Notes under the pieces: generated by a model
What the model saw: only the letters and a program-made list of their open reading frames with translations
Databases searched by the model: none
Told to the model about the DNA's origin: nothing
Assembly (NCBI GenBank): GCA_012295275.1
Contig: CM022672.1
Coordinates: 27,218,001-27,282,000, forward strand
Direction: 5' to 3'
Source of the DNA: Chrysomallon squamiferum
Lineage: Eukaryota > Animalia > Mollusca
Length of the DNA: 64,000 nt
Made by a program: the position numbers and the translations under genes
In this document: positions 57,401 through 64,000 of the stretch, one piece after another
Numbering within the stretch: the first letter of the stretch is position 1
How the letters are laid out: the number at the start of each line of letters is the position of its first letter

Positions 57401-57432
57401 TGTTTAACACTAAATGGCTTCTTTCGTGGCAT
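51267..57432 (-). CDS. GNL1: Guanine nucleotide-binding protein-like 1 (circularly permuted YlqF/YawG-family GTPase), 13 coding exons, ~583 aa after correcting a 1-nt indel in exon 5
   Basis: Hand-spliced with GT-AG introns. Exons (minus): 57432-57360, 56681-56519, 56251-56164, 55888-55760, 55560-55421, 54940-54730, 54480-54388, 54018-53866, 53536-53484, 53152-53027, 52581-52410, 51992-51852, 51475-51267. N-terminus MPRKKPFSVKQKKKQLQDKR and C-terminus NPFALLGEDD* closely resemble vertebrate GNL1 as I recall it. Motifs: LSYFELNLETWRQLWRV, G4 NKTD before G1 GYPNVGKS, G2 SRTPGHT, G3 DCPG. Exon phases all agree except exon 5 (140 nt). Confidence 0.96.
51852..51992 (-). CDS. GNL1: GNL1 coding exon 12
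   Basis: tttag|(A)WAVKCGFMTAKGGRPDSYRAANKMLRLAVEGRLRLCFAPP..|GTCAGC. Confidence 0.95.
52410..52581 (-). CDS. GNL1: GNL1 coding exon 11
   Basis: ttatag|ILSGIYPIAQVREPYSAVQYLAERIDIP..EWSAFDICE|GTAAAG. Confidence 0.95.
53027..53152 (-). CDS. GNL1: GNL1 coding exon 10 (G2, G3)
   Basis: ttacag|VVSVSRTPGHTKHFQTIFLTPRVRLCDCPGLVFPSLVKKPLQ|GTGAGC. Confidence 0.96.
53484..53536 (-). CDS. GNL1: GNL1 coding exon 9 (G1/P-loop)
   Basis: aacag|(G)YPNVGKSSMINGLVGRK|GTAACC. Confidence 0.95.
53866..54018 (-). CDS. GNL1: GNL1 coding exon 8
   Basis: ttccag|(I)DLTQWKSLYE..FRDGVLTIGCV(G)|GTGTGT. Confidence 0.92.
54388..54480 (-). CDS. GNL1: GNL1 coding exon 7 (basic, NLS-like KKRRKRKR)
   Basis: tttcag|(V)LHKKRRKRKRLPATGPRDLCEACEHIVQGK|GTGAGA. 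Confidence 0.9.
54730..54940 (-). CDS. GNL1: GNL1 coding exon 6 (G4 motif NKTD)
   Basis: ttcag|ALHFPPALYDH..VLNKTDLAPPSLVVAWKHYF..GEN|GTGAGC. Confidence 0.94.
55421..55560 (-). CDS. GNL1: GNL1 coding exon 5 (contains apparent 1-nt deletion)
   Basis: DYLGKI in one frame, EKYTFHELSYFELNLETWRQLWRVTEMSDVLLLITDIRHP in another; donor CCT|GTGAGT. Confidence 0.9.
55760..55888 (-). CDS. GNL1: GNL1 coding exon 4
   Basis: atcag|ESLEVDLDDIYKPGTVLDIPKRPPWK..EEVYFK|GTATTT, 129 nt. Confidence 0.92.
56164..56251 (-). CDS. GNL1: GNL1 coding exon 3
   Basis: ttcag|(R)YRLLFLKETKDEIEKRKQLARQPYKMLSE|GTTTGT. Confidence 0.9.
56519..56681 (-). CDS. GNL1: GNL1 coding exon 2
   Basis: tacag|..DSQLLGSDEDEYY..KHDPN(R), donor AG|GTAAGA; phases 1/2 fit the neighbouring exons. 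Confidence 0.88.
57360..57432 (-). CDS. GNL1: GNL1 coding exon 1
   Basis: ATG at 57432, MPRKKPFSVKQKKKQLQDKRHRKQ, donor G|GTTGT. An acceptor tttcag lies 4 nt upstream of the ATG, implying a non-coding first exon. Confidence 0.93.
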
Positions 57433-57791
57433 CTTTCTGAAATGTTAATGAACAGTTTTAGTATTAATTATAATTTATGTCGCACTGAATTTTTTTTTTT
57501 TTTTTTTAATGGATACTTTTGATGTCATAATTTTAACATAATAAACTTAGCCCAGATTACTTTTTAATGACTTCTTAGTATGCTGGCAGTTTCATATATA
57601 TAGGTCGAGAAAATTAACATATCTCAGTCTTTTACCATAATAATTTCACAACTGACACAAATAAAAGAGGTTACAAAATAAAACAGGTTATTTTTATAAT
57701 TTCATCTTGTAAGATTCAGCATTTTCTTCTTTTTGAATTTGTTTCATACAAGGGAGATAACCAAATTCAAACCACTCATCCTGTCAATAAA

Positions 57792-57849
<58 letters not shown>

Positions 57850-58859
57850 GTAAACTGAAATTTTAAATAATTAATCCTTTTTGTTTAAGGTATCAGTGAA
57901 ATGTGACTTTCTTTTTCCCCAGTGGGGGAGTTCATGCCCACAATTAATGAATTATAGAAAAAATATAAAAACATCATCAGGATCATAACTCGTGTGTGAC
58001 AAAAGGCATCTCTGTGCCACAGCAGAAGGTAGCTCGATTTTTGTTATACAATTTTGCTTTTCTTGAAGGGGATTCCTTTATTTGCAATTTTGTTTTGTCA
58101 ATATTTTTATGATAAAAAATATCATGACATAGAAAATCTTATTCAGCTTCATCTCTTGTATTTGTTTCTTGCAGGTACTTAATTTTGAGTACGAAAATGA
58201 AGTCATATGGCTAATTAACGTTACTTAATTGATAAATAAATTAATTAATGTTTGAAAAATGCTTGAAATCTAAAAGCCTCTACAATGCATCAGTCTTGAA
58301 AAATGATATTTTTGTATACTGGTTTAATTTCTATGGAGTTTTTGAGAATTACATAATTAAGACATAAAATACCTTTGAGCTAATTATTGCAGTTAATTAA
58401 TTAAAATTCCTGAGTGTTAACAACATGCTTTAAAATACTGTATAGCTCTAGTACTCATCAAAACTTCATTGTGACATATAATATTAAATATACGATATTC
58501 ATATTGGTTTGAAACTATAGTATAATGAAATATTCAGTGTTTGTTGCCAAATGACTGAAATGAATCAAAGATGTTTCGGTATCATTTTAAAATGCTTTTT
58601 TGTAGTTTTGTTTGCTTTTTCATGACATCAAATTTAATTTTACAAGAAAACGATATTAATTAAAATTTCTGACAGTTATATACCTATTAAGTATTATAAC
58701 AAGAAAACAAACAATATTAAAAATATATTTTAATAATAATAATAATAAATGATAAGAAAATAATTCTTTCAATAATAATACAATATATAACAATATCTGT
58801 ACTGTGTTAACGATGAGCAAAACCTGGTCCTGTTTAAGTGGCAGCTAAATATTGTTGAT

Positions 58860-59156
58860 TCTAGCCAATGGAGGCAGCCATATTGTGGTATCGCATTTAA
58901 AGAATATATAGAAAACGATAATCAGACATCCACATCAAAGATCATATACAATAATTTAAATTCAAATAACGATATATTAAGATTTAATTAGCTACAAATA
59001 TTTATTTTATACATTATTTATATTACATTTACTGCGAATCTCTAATGTTTGCTTGGAGAAGTAAACATGGCGACGAACCAAGGAAATAAACCGAGAAAAA
59101 TATTCAGAAGTGTCTGCAGATAAACAATTGAAGAATCTGAGACAACTCATTGAAAC
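58860..59156. promoter_or_regulatory. Probable bidirectional promoter shared by GNL1 and ATAT1
   Basis: Lies between divergent start codons 1.7 kb apart. CCAAT at 58865-58869; YY1-like AATATGGCTGC on minus (58884-58874); AAACATGGCG on plus (59063-59072); CpGs reappear locally in an otherwise CpG-poor region. Confidence 0.6.
59067..59123 (+). other. Upstream ORF (18 aa, MATNQGNKPRKIFRSVCR*) ahead of the ATAT1 start
   Basis: ATG at 59067 in context AAACATGG, TAA at 59121-59123; only relevant if the TSS lies upstream of 59067. Confidence 0.45.
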
Positions 59157-63858
<4,702 letters not shown>

Positions 63859-64000
63859 GTAAGTGTTGCATAGAAAGATTAAAAAATAACATATTAAATT
63901 ATAATGATGGGTTGAACATGACTGAGTCTTTTTGTTTAGTGTGCGCTTACTATCTCTTTTCTTTATCTTTTTTAATAATAAAGAAATGATTTTTTTTATG

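Noticed and set aside
51267-57432. GNL1 as a pseudogene
   Set aside because: There is only one lesion, in a homopolymer; all GTPase motifs, splice sites and the other 12 exons are intact.
57885-58376. Possible DNA-transposon relic in the GNL1 5'-UTR intron (AAGGTAT...ATACCTT ends)
   Set aside because: The terminal match is only 7 bp and the target-site duplication is not intact; it cannot be supported without a repeat library.

Overview
Eukaryotic (animal, probably mollusc or other lophotrochozoan; this is an inference) AT-rich genomic window with two very different parts. (1) About 1-48.9 kb is a microsatellite-dense, CpG-retaining stretch in which I recognise no protein-coding exon; it is either intergenic or a very large intron. 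It holds SINE relics (one with a tRNA-Arg(UCG)-like head), minisatellites, several hairpins, a 'captured duplicate' inverted repeat and at least six perfect CRE palindromes. (2) About 49-64 kb is CpG-poor and holds two intron-rich genes in head-to-head orientation. GNL1 (minus strand, 13 coding exons, 57432->51267, ~583 aa) carries an apparent 1-nt frameshift in exon 5. ATAT1/MEC-17 alpha-tubulin N-acetyltransferase (plus strand, from 59157, at least 8 coding exons) runs off the right end. Best observations: the GNL1-ATAT1 divergent pair mirrors the linkage and orientation of these genes in the vertebrate MHC class I region; the ATAT1 tail has an 8-aa repeat array with RPx[S/T][G/A] motifs that can be spliced in or out in frame through an internal perfect donor; a strong-context uORF and opposing YY1-like motifs lie in the shared promoter. 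Almost all other listed ORFs are microsatellite artefacts.
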